Below are positions 1 through 14,150 of a stretch of 64,000 bases of DNA, in pieces (positions within the stretch are counted from its first letter, which is position 1; every line of letters starts with the position of its first letter). The position numbers and the translations under genes are program-made. Where the stretch lies: contig OX597821.1 in the NCBI GenBank assembly GCA_951406725.2, positions 78,244,001-78,308,000 on the forward strand, in the 5' to 3' direction. This stretch comes from Octopus vulgaris. Lineage: Eukaryota. The notes beneath the pieces are model-generated. The model was not told the origin of the DNA and searched no databases. It worked only from the letters and a program-made list of their open reading frames with translations.

Positions 1-560
1 AACACCGAAGATATCAGCCACATCATAAATAATTGTTCGAGGATGTCAACACGGTTTATCTAACGATGAGACATGATGCTGCAGCTAAGATACTCTATAA
101 TGAAATCCGTCGGAAGGATGACCCCGAGGACAAAGAAACAACAATCCACAGTATGGTAGTAACCACAGCCACACATAATAAAAAGGAGTACTGGTGGACT
201 GCTTGAGTGAAGACCTCAATAAAATGTTACCACAATAAAATGTAGGCACAATGATTTGGGATAGAGAAGAGTAACTGTGTACAATTGTGAAAATTAGCTG
301 CCCTGGGGATGTTAGCATAAAGCTAAAGATCAGTGTAAAAGAGAATACCTACGCTGAACTATTGAAAATCTGCAGTTACTCTATTCAGACTACAAGTTCA
401 GGTTTATGCCTGTACGTATTGGGGCCCTGAGATATGTAACACACTGCCTGAATACTAAATTTGGGGAACAAGACTTCTCAAACAAGAAAGGAGGAAGCTA
501 ATTCGAAGACCTCAGATCCACTCCATCACTGGAACTGTAAAAATATGTAAAACTTAACCC
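1..560 (+). mobile_element. R4/Dong-clade non-LTR retrotransposon, decayed 3' fragment (zinc knuckle + restriction-like endonuclease)
   Basis: Frameshifted translation gives EDISHIINNC..RHDAAAKILY..IWDREE..IVKISCPGD..KENTYAELL..MPVRIGAL, matching the CCHC/RHD and RLE motif order. Confidence 0.75.
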
Positions 561-660
561 ATGTTTATCATTTAAATATATATGAGCATGGCTAGATATG
601 CAACTGTATGCATTATTATACATACATAAAACAAAACATACAAATCTACACATATATATT

Positions 661-760
661 TATACATACATACATACACACATACATACATACATACATA
701 CATACATACATACATACATACATACATACATACATACATACACACACACATACATACAAG
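661..760. repeat. (CATA)n microsatellite
   Basis: Direct reading. It is followed by AAATACCCTGTTGTTGATG, which also follows (CATA)n at about 24664. Confidence 0.95.
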
Positions 761-1214
761 CAGAAATACCCTGTTGTTGATGTTGAACTTCCAAAGAAGA
801 AGCCTTGGCTCTAGGTTAGAAATCTTGTAATAAAAAACTGAACAATGATATACATACATACACATAAACATATATACACACATATAGATTCAAAACAACA
901 ACGAACATCTCAAATAACCTTTCTCAATACATCTTTCCAAAACTACAGATATTCAACTCCAGATATTTTCAACAAAATCATATATAAGATGTATAAATCT
1001 TCTATAAAAGACCATTCATTAATGACTCCCTAAAAGGGTCTAAAGCACTAAAACAATCTTTATCCTACTCCTGACTAGCTTTTCTTCTTAATACATAAAA
1101 TGTGTCCACAACTTCAAACAATCTATCTGTCTGTCTCCTCCCCCACTCTCTCTCTAGCTATGTCTTCCTATCTCTATCTGTCTCTGTCTCTGTCTCTCTG
1201 TATGTGTGTGTGTA

Positions 1215-1247
<33 letters not shown>

Positions 1248-1346
1248 ATGTGTGTGTGTATATGTGTGTGTGCGTATAACGTTGGGTAAATGATGGAAAT
1301 ATAACAAACCAAACATAACAAAAGACAAGGAAAATGATTTACATAC

Positions 1347-1676
1347 TGTTTTCATTGAGCAAGATATACGATGAACAGTCGCAATCATAATCTTCCAGTT
1401 CTCCGCTGTAAAACGGTCGATGCATGTGACATACGCCATTACAATAGCTGAAATATCCACACTCAGCGTGTGATATACACTGAATTGCACACTGGGTACG
1501 AGATGCCGTCGTCTCAGTTATTTTATATTTGTCAAGTAAGCATTTTGATTTAGTAAGTATTTTGAAACGACTTTCATTATACTCTGCGTTGCAAGTTCTC
1601 GTAGTGACGAAAAGTATTAGTGCGATAGCTTGCAACAATTCGAGTATCCGACGATGTTGAATTGACGTTTCCACTC
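1347..1676 (-). CDS. Exon 2 of PAN/Apple-domain secreted protein, paralog A (signal peptide + PAN-like domain)
   Basis: Acceptor ttttcag|GAGTGG, donor AACA|gtatgt; 330 bp, phase 1-1, open. Encodes VETSIQHRRILELLQAIALILFVTTRTCNA-EYNESRF...[24 protein letters not shown]...CDC. A colinear paralog of identical length lies at 50668-50997. Confidence 0.85.
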
Positions 1677-1804
1677 CTGAAAAATATACATATACATATA
1701 CATATACGTAACTACATACATACATACGTACATACATGTCTATCTACATACATACATACATATATACATACACACATACATACATACATACATACATGCA
1801 TATA

Positions 1805-2230
1805 TATAAAAATTTTTTCAGTATGAGATAAAAAAAACCCCAAGGCTGTGAAGATTTTAGAACATTTATAAATAGGACTTACAGCTGTTTCCAGGATATT
1901 TATTATATCCCTTCATCGGAGACTGTGTGAGAAAATGGTTAAGCAATAGCTAATTTAGATAAGAAACGAAATAGAGAGTAAAGTGGAATTTCGTATCTTA
2001 TCTAAATTAACTATTGCTTAACCACCTTCTGAAATCTTCACAGCCTTGGTCTCTTTATCTCATTCTGGAAAAATAAATTATATTTACACATGCTGATATA
2101 TGACCTACGTTGGATTCCTTATTCTCATAATCACCGAACCGGGAGCTTAACTATGGTCTAACCATAGCACTTACTCTGCATTACCTGATACCTTTGGGTC
2201 TTAATGACACAATTACCTCTCATAACCTTC
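1805..2230. mobile_element. Non-autonomous Penelope-like element with nested inverted repeats and a degenerate hammerhead motif
   Basis: Inverted arms at about 1808-1860/2025-2075 and 1935-1970/1988-2024. Minus strand 1876-1926 reads cagtct-CCGATGA-agggatata..tatcctg-GAAA-CAGCTG-TA. Confidence 0.55.
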
Positions 2231-2659
2231 TATATGTACATATATATTGGTTCATCCCATACATAATGCGGTTTTTTCAATTGCATGAACTAAAAGTCGG
2301 GTGGGGGACGGGAAAAACTACCAGCATAAATTTGCTATAAAAGCAGGTAGTAATTTTACCTTGTCCTTATTCTTAGTGCAAATTTTGAAGAGTGCAGATT
2401 TTAACAGTTATTTCTTCAAAGCTATAATGTAAGTGTCAAAGAAGCAAATTTCAATAAACGCAACAGCGTAACAGAAAGTGTGAAGAATATTAATGCAATA
2501 AATGGGAATCGGACAATAAGCCAGAGCCATTCCTCCATTCATCGAGACATGCATGCGATCGCAAAAGTCAGCAAATTGAGTTAAAGGATTCCTCACAAAC
2601 TTTCCGAGTCTAATCGCGTGCTGAGAGTGAATGTGTGCTCTTCTTTGCTGTCACGTGTC

Positions 2660-3060
2660 ACGTCTCACGAACGAACCTCTTTTGCTGCAGGATTTTCAAG
2701 GAAGTAGACCTGATGACTGTGCAGCAAATGCACATTTATAGTCATGTTGCAATGCAGTGCTCGAAAACTGGTTAACGGGGTCTGCACAAGATCTCCATAA
2801 TTTGATGGCTTCCTGTTTCTCTGGAAATCAGATACAACTGCAACAAAAGCATTCCATGCTTCTTTTTCAATGTCACACATGGTCTCCAAAAATAGATCGT
2901 CCTCCGATTGTCACCTAATATGTGGCCCATGAAACACTCCAACTTTATTTTTCTCACAAGACAAAACTAGAATCTTTCTACTTAAGTATTTGAAGCAGTC
3001 ACTGCCTCAGTATTTCAAAAAAATGTTTTGCACATTATATGGGATGCCCTAGCTTTGTCT
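2660..3060 (-). mobile_element. DNA transposase remnant (CMC/Chapaev-like)
   Basis: FKYLS..KIK..GVF.GP.IR, EKEAWNAFVAVVSDF..NYGDLV..CNMTINVHLLHSH..FLEN resemble the AW.SF..VV.NFLGN / CNMSLKIHFLHSH motifs; frameshifted. Confidence 0.65.
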
Positions 3061-3899
3061 TGTCACCCAGTTTCATGCTAAAGTAAGTGAGGAAGTAAGG
3101 TAAGCGTTCTTCACAAAATCTGTGTTTTTGTTTCACTGCTTAATCCAGAAATGAGCAGAAGATATCAGAACAGTTTTTACATTCTCTTCTCTCACAACTG
3201 GCTATATTTCTGAAATACAAAACATGTTCAAGCCAGTCAGTTGTCAGCTAGAAAATCATTTTCAGAAAAGTCAACAGTTATAAAGTAAGGAAATACGGAT
3301 TTGTGATGGTAAAGTTCCATAAAAATCATACCATGAAGTTCTCTTTACAATTCTTTGACCATACTTAACGAAAACTGAGCTTGGAAAAACATTAAGCGTA
3401 CTTTCAAAATAGCAATTTTCATGACAGTTAAAAGTTCAACAAAACATGTCTCATCTAGTTTTTGCAAATTAAACAAACTAAATTAAGCAAAGCTTGAGTA
3501 TATCTGCAGATTAATTCCGCAAATACGAGCATATGGTGCCAAGAGCCAGAAAAATATGTTGTTTCTTAACATCTAATTGTATAAAGGACATTTCTGTCAT
3601 CATCATGACATTTAAAACCGGTTACAATAGATAATGGCCACATAATAGACGGATAGATGAACAGAAAACTCTGTGGGAATCGAAATCAGAACGTAAAATT
3701 ACAAAAGATGTTATCAGTCGGTGCATAACTTCTACAGAGTCACTGTCTTCTCTTCCTCTCTCTTTCAAGATGGGAAATGGTAATGGCAAAACAAATGTTA
3801 TGAAAGCACAAATCAGTGATTGTGTTTTTTAACAGAGAATTATAGAAACAATTGTGGTTATTTCTCTCATTCAATTCCTAATGATATTAATTCTCTTAC

Positions 3900-3912
3900 C
3901 TTTAAGATTCAT
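3900..3912 (-). CDS. Coding part of exon 1, paralog A (MNLK-G)
   Basis: ATGAATCTTAAAG|gtaaga. The phase-1 donor matches the exon 2 acceptor, and the same micro-CDS is conserved at 56332-56344. Confidence 0.75.
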
Positions 3913-4480
3913 GACTGTTACAGAGTTTCTTTGTAATATTCACTTTGACTTGAAAATCGCCGAAACAGAGGTGTCTCACTGGAAAGAAGATCTTCTGCCA
4001 CTTGATGCTTCTCGTTTTTTTCCAGTTTCGGTAAACGGGGTTATTTAGTATTTTATAGTCGTTCTGACACAAGTCGATGAAACCAGTTGATTTAACACTG
4101 CCTTCAAAAAAGATGTCCTTAAAACAATATCGTCAATTCTTGTCCACCTTTGTAAAGATATGTGAGCAAATTGAAATTACCTTCCCACTAACGCTAGAGG
4201 TTTGCCGTTATGCTTGAACACGTTTTTTTTTTCTTTCTCCCCAGAGAGTTTTGAGATCAAGATTAGAAGTAAGTTGTCGATTATATCATAAGATTCGTTT
4301 TCCAATCAATGTCCACTTCTATCCATCGACCTACGCAAATAAACTGCTTGAAACAAGTCACATATATTTACACATTTGATGAACAAAAGAAATGGATTTT
4401 AACTTCGCAGTATATTGATAGCTGTCAGTTTGTTTAGTTTGTTTGTATTTTGCACTAGACCACTTATCATTAATGCTGTT

Positions 4481-7400
4481 AAGTTACGTTAATTTTTTGG
4501 CTCAAAAAGCAAAAAGCAAGGCCATGTAGGGGGACGTGGAGTTATGTACAGGGAGGGTGTTCATGCAAAGAGTTCAACCCATTTCTGGTCAAGAGAGACT
4601 TTGAACCGAGCGGTCATCGGCATCTTCACTATCTCGTCCGGCAGCTTATTCCAGGGATCCGCAACCCGGACGGAGAAAGACCCTCTCCTTCGATTGAGAT
4701 GAAATCGTCGCAGATAGAGCTTTTCGGAGTGACCCCGCAGTCTATGCTCTGGAGCAGGAGTGAAGAACAGCTCTTTCGAGAGGTTACACTTTCCGCTTAT
4801 GATGTTGTGAGCAAGAATGAGATCACCACGGCGTCGTCGTTTTTCTAGAGAATAAAGGTCGAGCGTCTTCAGCCTTTCTTCATAAGACAAATGCTTGAGA
4901 CCAAGAACCATGCGGGTAGCCAGCTTCTGGACTCTTTCGAGATGTTGTATGTCTTTGAGGAGATAAGGAGAAGTGGCTTGAATCCCGTACTCCAATATGG
5001 GTCTCAGCAGCGTGACATAGAGCGGTAGGAATATGGCTGCTATGAATCAAAAACAGAACTTCGCGTGCTTTGTCGGCAGCATGGACGCACTGGGCCGAAG
5101 GCGAAATGGAAGAATCCACCAAGATACCCAGGTCCTTTACCTGGTCGGTCTTCTCCAGCAGCAGACGACCCGGCTCGAAATCAAGTTGAGTTGCAGGAGG
5201 AGAGCCAACAGGCAGATGACAACACTTTGACACGTTCAGACACAGGTCCCATTCGTTAGACCATCTCCAAACTTGGTGGAGGCATCGACGAAGATCATCT
5301 ATATTACCGCGAGGAGCAACCAGTTTGACATCATCGGCAAATAGAAGGGTGTGTTGCGTGAGGTCGTCGGGCAAGTCATTTATGAAGACTAAAAACAATA
5401 AGGGCCCAAGCACTGAACCTTGAGGCACGCCACTGGTCGCACTGGAGACGTCGGACAGCGAACCATTAACTTGGACTTTGAAGGAGCGATCTGAGAGGAA
5501 GGCACCAACCCATCGTACAATATCCGGATGGAACTATACGCTTGAAACTTGACAAGTTATAGGCGGTGGTTAACCGAGTCAAAAGCTTTGGCAAAGTCCA
5601 ATAAAACGATGTCAACAGCATCCCCATCATCCAGGATACGCGTCACCAATGCTTCCATTACCAGTAAGTTGGTCAACAATGATCTCTTCGGCAAGAAGCC
5701 GTGTTGGGAATCAGAGATAGAGGCTGTTTTTTGGAGGTGGAGCAACATACTTTTCTTAAGGATGGTTTCGAACATCTTGCTGATTATTGAAGTAATTGAA
5801 ACTGGTCGGTAGTTAAGCGGGTCTTCGCGGCTTCCTTTCTTGAAAATTGGGCATATTATCGCTGTTCTCCAGTCCGCAGGTATAACACCCGTCGCCAATG
5901 ACATATTGAATAGAAGTGTTAAAGGTTCGCAGATGATCGGAGCCAACGCATTGATAACATGTGGGTGTATGCCATCAGGGCCGTGACCCTTGTTGACATC
6001 GAGGCCTTGAATAACGCGTTCGACTTCGTCCCGAGTGATGACCAAACTAGGCATTGGAGGTACCGATCTATCAAATGGAGGGGGTTCACGACCATCATCT
6101 TGTTTGAAAATTGTTGAAAAAGCCTTGGCAAATAACTGGCTCTGCTGATAAGGGTCCTCAATCGATACGCCTGTTGAGTCTACCAACGTTGCAATTTGGT
6201 TGTTCAAGCGGGAATTCCGTTGCACATGGGCAAAGAAGGATTTGGATTGCGACTGGCGTTTGCCGCAATTCTGTATTCATATCTGAAGCGTTCTTCCTTT
6301 TCAATTTTCACGGCTCGGTCTCGTTGAGTTTTGTACACCTCAAAAGCTGCAGTCGAATCTAGATTTTTGAATTCAGCCCAAGCAATATCTCTGAGTAGAA
6401 GTTCTCGTTTAACCTTCTTCGTTACTCACGGCTTGTGTTTCTTCTTCTTGGGAAGCCCAATGGGAACTGCTTGGTCAGTCAACCAGATTACATATGCTTT
6501 GAGGGACGACCATAGTTCGTCAACTGAGGACATCGTCATCAGGGATCGCCAGTCCAGAAGCGCGGAAGCCTCGGTTAGAATTTCAAGATTGATTCCAGAG
6601 AAGACTACGTGGCACCGAAGTAGTCGTGGGCATGTCGAACTTCAGGACCGCGTAATCACTCTTGGCAAGAGGGGCTCACACAGATAAACCTGACACTGAT
6701 CTTGGATAGCGGGAGAATACCAGATCCAGCATAGAATGCCTTGTCGGATATTCAACATGTTGCGATAGATAACAATCTTCAGCAACGTCAAGAAGAGCCT
6801 GGCCGAAAGGGAAGCTGATGTACAAAATGATGCGGGCCAGTCGATCGTAGGAGCGTTGAAGTCTCCTAATATCAAACAGTCATGAGAAGCTGAAACGAAT
6901 CTTATCGCTTCGAGTAAATGAGCATCGTCCTGGGGGTCGGCAAGAGGCGGCCTGTAGACAGCTAACACGGGCAAGCAAAACCCGGATAGGCTCCGCTTGC
7001 AATAGACGGCATCGAATTATTGTGTTGTAGGTTGAGCATTAGTGGGTAGAATACCGCTGGACGGTTTGAGATCAGATTTAACATACACAGCAACACCTCC
7101 ACCTCGCTTTTTTTCTCTGTCACATCTGAATAGGGCGTAGCCCTGTAGGTGGATTTCCGAGTTCTTTACGGCTGGAGTCAGCCAAAGTCTCGGTGATAGC
7201 TATCACATCTGGGGAATCACGCATGGCCAGTGTAAATAATTCGCTGAACTTTGGAAATAAGGAGCACTAGTTGGTATAGACGATGCTGAGCTGTGAAGTT
7301 TGAGGGGCGGGAATTAGAGAATAAACAGAATAAGGGGTATCAGAGATAGCATCGTTGTCGGGGGTGTCTACTTTACTTCGATTCACCCACGATTCACTTT

Positions 7401-8248
7401 CCCTGTCAGCACTACAGCATGCGACCAGAGGTAGGACTTGATTATTTGTCCATCTTGGATGCGTAAACCCTTCTCTCCCATCTGTTTTCTCATCTTCAGT
7501 TCGGATATTAGGTTTCTCCGGCGAATTCTCTCTCTCAGTGAGTATTCCTCGCGAAAACCCATATTGGGGTCCTCCCAGGCATGCTTCTGAGCTCTGTTCA
7601 AAAAGGTTGAAGCCTCCTGATCGGAAGAAAAGATTACTCTTATTGGGCGTGGTCTAGTGTCTGAGGTTGAGTTCACTTGGAATCTTCCTGGCCGAGCGAC
7701 CTTATGGATACTGACATTTTCGTTGACAGAGAACATTTTCCAACTAAAACGGAAACAAAATTTATGTCATCTTTTAGGCGGTTTATGCCTGTATCACAGG
7801 TGGATTCAGCTTTACCATAAATGATTGCTGATCTTGAGTGGGCAAAATGGTCTTTCTGTTCACTACTGTGAACTGCGGCATTCGATTCTTCATCGGATAA
7901 TTAAGAAAGGGCGGTTTCGTAGCCATCAGACTTATGTAGGCCTTTGGGATCGATCGGAATGGGTTTAGTGGTCATAACTTTCCCGCCTGGTTTGGAACTG
8001 CACTGCCTCTTCTTCGTTTTGGAGGAGCACTACTCCCCAGATGAACTCACATCAAGATCATTCAGAAATGGTTGAGCAATGGCATTGATGGGAAGGACAA
8101 ATGAGGGAGAATCCAAACAGATTTTATCTTGAGCAGGTTTCGCAGCTAAATCTGCCCCACTGGAGTTTTGACTACGTTTGTTATTTTTGGGAGAACAACG
8201 GTCTTCAGGTAGGTTTGAATCTACTCTCCTCAATTCAGGTTGGGGAAC
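4481..8248 (-). mobile_element. CR1/L2-type LINE (partial ORF1, APE endonuclease, RT), frameshifted
   Basis: ORF pieces: RPRPIRVIF (ORF1), VYRPP..ILGDFNAP (APE), NYRPVSITS..QHGF..LDFAKAFDSV, PQGSVLGPLLF..FADDVKL, LEKRRRRGDLI. Boundaries were set by comparison with the empty paralogous site near 56890-56905. Confidence 0.92.
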
Positions 8249-10499
8249 AAAGGGGAGTGGCCAATGATAAGAGATTATTGTAAGTGGTTAGAATTTTCAT
8301 GAAATGAAGCTGATTAAGCTTGTATTTTGGATTTGTGTAAACATCTATAACCTTCTCCGAGAAAAGCATGGACGTCTCAAATTACTATTCCAATTTGGGA
8401 ACAAACCTCTTTACAATATTCTTTACTCTGACTTTTGCGTTAGGATCTGGTCAAGACTACATACACTTTGATATAGCTTCGATCTATAGAGGTGCCTAAG
8501 CTATACATTAAGGTTGGTTTGAGGCATGTTCATACTCTCTTAAATCGTCTAAACATGTCGCTACTTGAAAAAAAGATATGAAAAAATACTGCAGAGTCAA
8601 AACTATAAAATGTGTTCGTAATGACGATCAGCTGAAATATGAGATTAGGTACAATTAGCAAATTCAGAGAAATGTATGCCATTGTATCAGAAGACAGCTT
8701 AGAATCTTGGAAGTCTAGTGTTTTTGTTATTGTGGTTTAACAACAGGTTGGTTGGAGCCCGGACTGAGTAACATTTTATATTCCAGAAATCGCAGACATT
8801 ATTGAACACTGCAGATAATGTTCAATAAACCAAAGTATCCGGATGTGTTCTAAAGTCGTGAAGTGCGATATGACTAAGATTTGGTTGTAATTTCTAATTC
8901 TTTCAGCAACTGCTTAGAGTTTAGAGTTATACATTGCCAGGTATGGTGTATGAAAGTTCCGAACCCAACTAGATAATTACGTTTCAATACACTTGGGTGT
9001 AGATTAACATACTAGAAATGACATTTTATAAATTGAAACTGCACCCGTAATTAAAAGACGAACCAGTCGCATTAATGTCACTCCCGTAGTCAGAGATGCA
9101 AGGGAGAAAATTCCAAAATTCTTCATATATTAAAGCCTAAATTGTACCGTGAAGTGAGATATAAATTTGGGTAACGACCAGGGCATTCTTCTGTATTACA
9201 GACTCTCTCATAAAGCAGAGTCACGACGAATCTATTAATTATTGTATGTTGATAATTATATTATATTAATCTGCAGGTAACCTTATGCTTTTATGAAAAT
9301 TTCTAGTAAAAATATCATTACATATATATATTCTGCCCTCTTATTTACAGCGTGCTGATAAAAGTTTGGATGTGTTAAAGGTGTGGGTTTTATATTTCAT
9401 ACTAATGTAAAAGAGAATTTTATGGGCCTCAATTTTTAATACAGAAATATTTTCTCCGGTGAAATAATGTACAATGTAGAAAAATGAAAATGATATCTAA
9501 GCCAAAAAGAAAAAAAAGAAACAATAATAAAAAATAAAAAATAACTACATAAAATGTGTAAAATACAAGAGTTATAAAAATAGCAAATTGTGAGTATGGG
9601 ATGTCAATTAAGGAGTAAAAATTGGGTGTTGAGATATAAAGATTTACGAATCCGTACTGGCGTTTATATAGATAAATATAAATTGTGTGGACGTGAGATA
9701 AAAGAAATAAGTGAAATTGTTCTATTTAATGGTGGCGCGATCAGCCAGAACTATAGAAGGTATTTATCATAGTGAAAACATCTCTTAATGATTTCTGATC
9801 GTTTAGGTAATTTCGTAATTGTTAACATTTTTCTGTATGGAACTCCCCTGAGCTACGCTTATCTCTCATCTATTTAAATATTGTCTGCACCCCTGCAAGA
9901 TCTTCCATTTGATACGGAAATAAACAGGAGGATATTTTTAAATTCCAAATCCAAACAGATAACGATGTTACCATATTCTTCTTTCTTCTGTCAGAAGGAA
10001 GAGGTGCTTGATTGTGATAACATAGCTTGTATGTAACATTCACCATACATATATTATAATTATGTTATGTATAAAAGATAGGTTTGTCAGAAGAGCCATC
10101 TGTCCAAAATACATTGCTTCTCGGCGTTACATTAATGGCTGAATCAACATGGATCTTTGCTTCTGAAAGTGCATTTAGCCTCTGTTAAAGTGGTTAGTTT
10201 GCGTGCTTTGGTACTTACCATATTTGGGAAATAGATATTGCAGTGTCATTCTTCATATTGGATGGCAGAATGTAGTAAGAGATGTGTGGGTATTTATGTT
10301 AGAAACTTCTAGCTTCTCGTGCTTAAAGGAATTCTTTATTTGATGATGTATCAGACCTCTTGAAATGATATTGTTGAGGTTTTCGATTAGGTTTGTGCTT
10401 GCAATTGACAGGAAAATATACAAAAACACTCTATGATGTTGTGTGAAATACATAGATAAAATCCCTGATCTGCAATACCTATCCCTTTGATAAGACCCC

Positions 10500-10860
10500 T
10501 ATATGGAATGCAGTTATGTTGTATGTAGGAAGGACCCACAGGTTAATAGTAAGATTAGGAATGTAGTGCATAGCTTACGATGTACTAAGGGCGGTACAGA
10601 AACATGACAACTACCTACATTGGTGTGATTGCACGTAGTATAGAAGAGCGTATAGGTGAGAATTAGCGACAGTTCAAAGAAGGGAAAAGCTCGTTAGTGC
10701 TCTGACAGCACGCTCAGGCAGAATATGGCGGCTCGATTAATACCATAAAGGTTAAAATACTATAGACACATAGAACTGACACGACACTTAGACATGTTAC
10801 AGAGGCTATACATATAACAGTAGACAGGCTGAGCCTCAATAGATAACACGAATGGAAGAG
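10500..10860 (+). mobile_element. Penelope-like element, decayed GIY-YIG endonuclease region
   Basis: CSYVVC..RNVVHSLRC..YIG..RSIEERIGE..QHAQ..KVKIL..EAIHI..LN motif order, with stops. Confidence 0.6.
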
Positions 10861-11723
10861 TACCATCCACCACCACACCACATCACATCACGCCACACGA
10901 CTAAAGACAATAGTGATGTGAAGAGAGAGGGGAACATACTGTAAATAATACACAGAAAGAGACTTGGTAATACACACACAATAGTCATATATGCACTTAC
11001 CTGTGTTACGTATGAGAAATAAAGATAGATGTATAAAAGGAAATAAATAAATGTAGAAAAAGATAAATATATAAATATATCTGTCACATACCTGTAATAA
11101 ATGTAAGACAGATGGATAACATACATAAAACTATGTAAATGGCATGGATACATACGAAGCGAACCCATACACACCCAAACACACACCCAAACACATGAAA
11201 CTGCAACTAACTCGGTCAGCAGCTGCGGCAGTGCCTACGATGGCAGTAACAATAAGAATAACAAGAACTACAAGAACAACAGCAACAGCAACAACAACAA
11301 TATCATCTGTCATGGTGGCAATGGCGGAGGCTGAGACATAGGGATACAGGATGTGTACCATTTTTTTTTCGGGTCTTAGGACAGCTGCAGCAAAATGGGG
11401 TGAGAGGACAAGGCTGAGGGGAAGGCCACACTGCCGTTAAAAGCTATGAAACACACAGAAGCATGCACACACATACACACACACGCGCGCACACACACGA
11501 ACAAGGATACAAACGCATGGGCACATACAAGCACACATCTTGGAAGAACAGAATGGAGTCAGTGGACAAGAATACACACGAAAACGAAACATTTCACTGC
11601 AGAGATCACAGATGTAAGACAATAGACATGAGTTAAAATAATAAAATAAGAACAGTAATAAACGAGTGAAGAAAAAATATAGAGAGCGTGTGTTTGTTTG
11701 GCAAAAAATGACCGTCCCGAAAT

Positions 11724-11762
<39 letters not shown>

Positions 11763-11791
11763 GAGCTTCTACAGGACTATTATATGCTATG

Positions 11792-12182
<391 letters not shown>

Positions 12183-12189
12183 TATATAT

Positions 12190-12802
12190 ATATTTATTAT
12201 ATAGAAGGATACAGGATAGAATATCATTCAAGAGAAATCTTCAGGAAGCTAGTTAACAAGAATTGTATTGGCATTTATACATTTAGGCAGGTTTAAAGGG
12301 GTGGTGGTGGGGGACTTTTTGGGGGTAGGCATAGCGCAAAATATCATACTTGGGGGAGTGGTCAAGGAGTCAGTGGTAAATTAGATAAAAGATTAAATAA
12401 AAGAATAAAAAAATATATAGAAGAATAGAGTTTTAGGTAAATAAGGAGATTCTCACTTATACCTATACACATATGTATACATATATACACACACACACAC
12501 TCATATACATACACACATGCACACACTCACACACATATATATACATACACACATATATACATACATATATCTACATATACATATATATATATATATATAT
12601 ATACATATATACACACATATATGCATATACATATACACACACACATGTATATATACACACACGACCACACATACATATACACACAAAAAAATATATACAT
12701 ACACACACATACACATACACACATACACACACATATCCACATACACACATGCACACACAACACACAAGTCCCTATATACACATATATACATATACACTTA
12801 TA

Positions 12803-12838
<36 letters not shown>

Positions 12839-13218
12839 CACATATGTGTACCTATACATACCTACACATACACACATATACATACAGATACAAACCCATT
12901 CCCTAATTTTAATTTTATTATCTTCATTTATTACTTTTGTTATCTTTGACCGCTGGTCACAAGCATCTTGGCTACAACAGCAAGTCCATTTATCTTTCTA
13001 CTTGAACACAAGCACTCACTCACGCACGCACACTCATTAGCACGCACACTCACTCATTCGTACACTCATACACATACACGCACGTACGCGTTATATTCAT
13101 ACATACATACATCTACATACATTCACATATATACACATACGTACGCGTACCTACAGATTCATGTCTACATATACACCAATAAATATATATACACACATAC
13201 ATATACACCTACATACAA

Positions 13219-13268
<50 letters not shown>

Positions 13269-13286
13269 ATATACACCTACATACAA

Positions 13287-13333
<47 letters not shown>

Positions 13334-14066
13334 CATATATACATATACATATACACGTACATATACATACATACATACACCCATACATACATACATATAT
13401 ACACATACACACACCCACACGTATACATATACCTACATATACGCGCATGCATACACACACACATACATACACATACACATATATATATATACATATATAC
13501 ATATATATATATATACACACACATACATATACATACATACATATACATATATACACACACACATACATACACATATACACATACATACACATACACATAT
13601 ACATGCGTACCCATACACACACACACACACGCGCATCCATATATACACATAAGTACACACATGCGTAAAAGTATACATATCTATACATATGCTTACACAT
13701 ACACACACACACACGCGCCTCCTTATGTTCATACTTACATGCATACTCAAAAAATAAATAATAAAATATATATACGTGCAGTTATTCATATACATACATG
13801 CATACTCAAAAAATAAATAATAAATATTAAGTATATATACGTGCAGTTAACTATTATACAGACGGATACATACATATAAACTTACACACACATATATATA
13901 TATATATATACATACTTACACATATGTACATATACATACACACATACATAACTCTACGTACCTACATATACATAAACACACGAGCGTACACGTATATGTA
14001 CATATACACATACACATACACACACATATATATACATACATACATATACATACACACACATATACA

Positions 14067-14126
<60 letters not shown>

Positions 14127-14150
14127 TATATATATATACATATATATATA
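12190..14150 (-). mobile_element. Composite non-coding element: about 190-bp terminal module (hammerhead disrupted here) plus a (CA/TA)-mosaic body; same family as 61967-64000
   Basis: Shared ordered landmarks with the 62-64 kb copy: GGAGATTCTCACTTATACC, ACGACCACAC, CCCATTCCCTAATTTTAATTTTATTATC, CGTACGCGTACCTACAGATTCATGTC, ATAACTCTACGTACCTAC, ACACGAGCGTAC. Confidence 0.8.

Larger units (their letters stand above)
3695..9960. repeat. Segmental duplication block paralogous to about 56130-58560 (interrupted here by the LINE at 4481-8248)
   Basis: Colinear diverged matches, e.g. GATGGGAAATGGTAATGGCAAAACAAATGTTATGAAAGCA (3769/56203) and AGAATCTTGGAAGTCTAGTGTTTTTGTTATTGTG (8701/57336). Confidence 0.9.
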
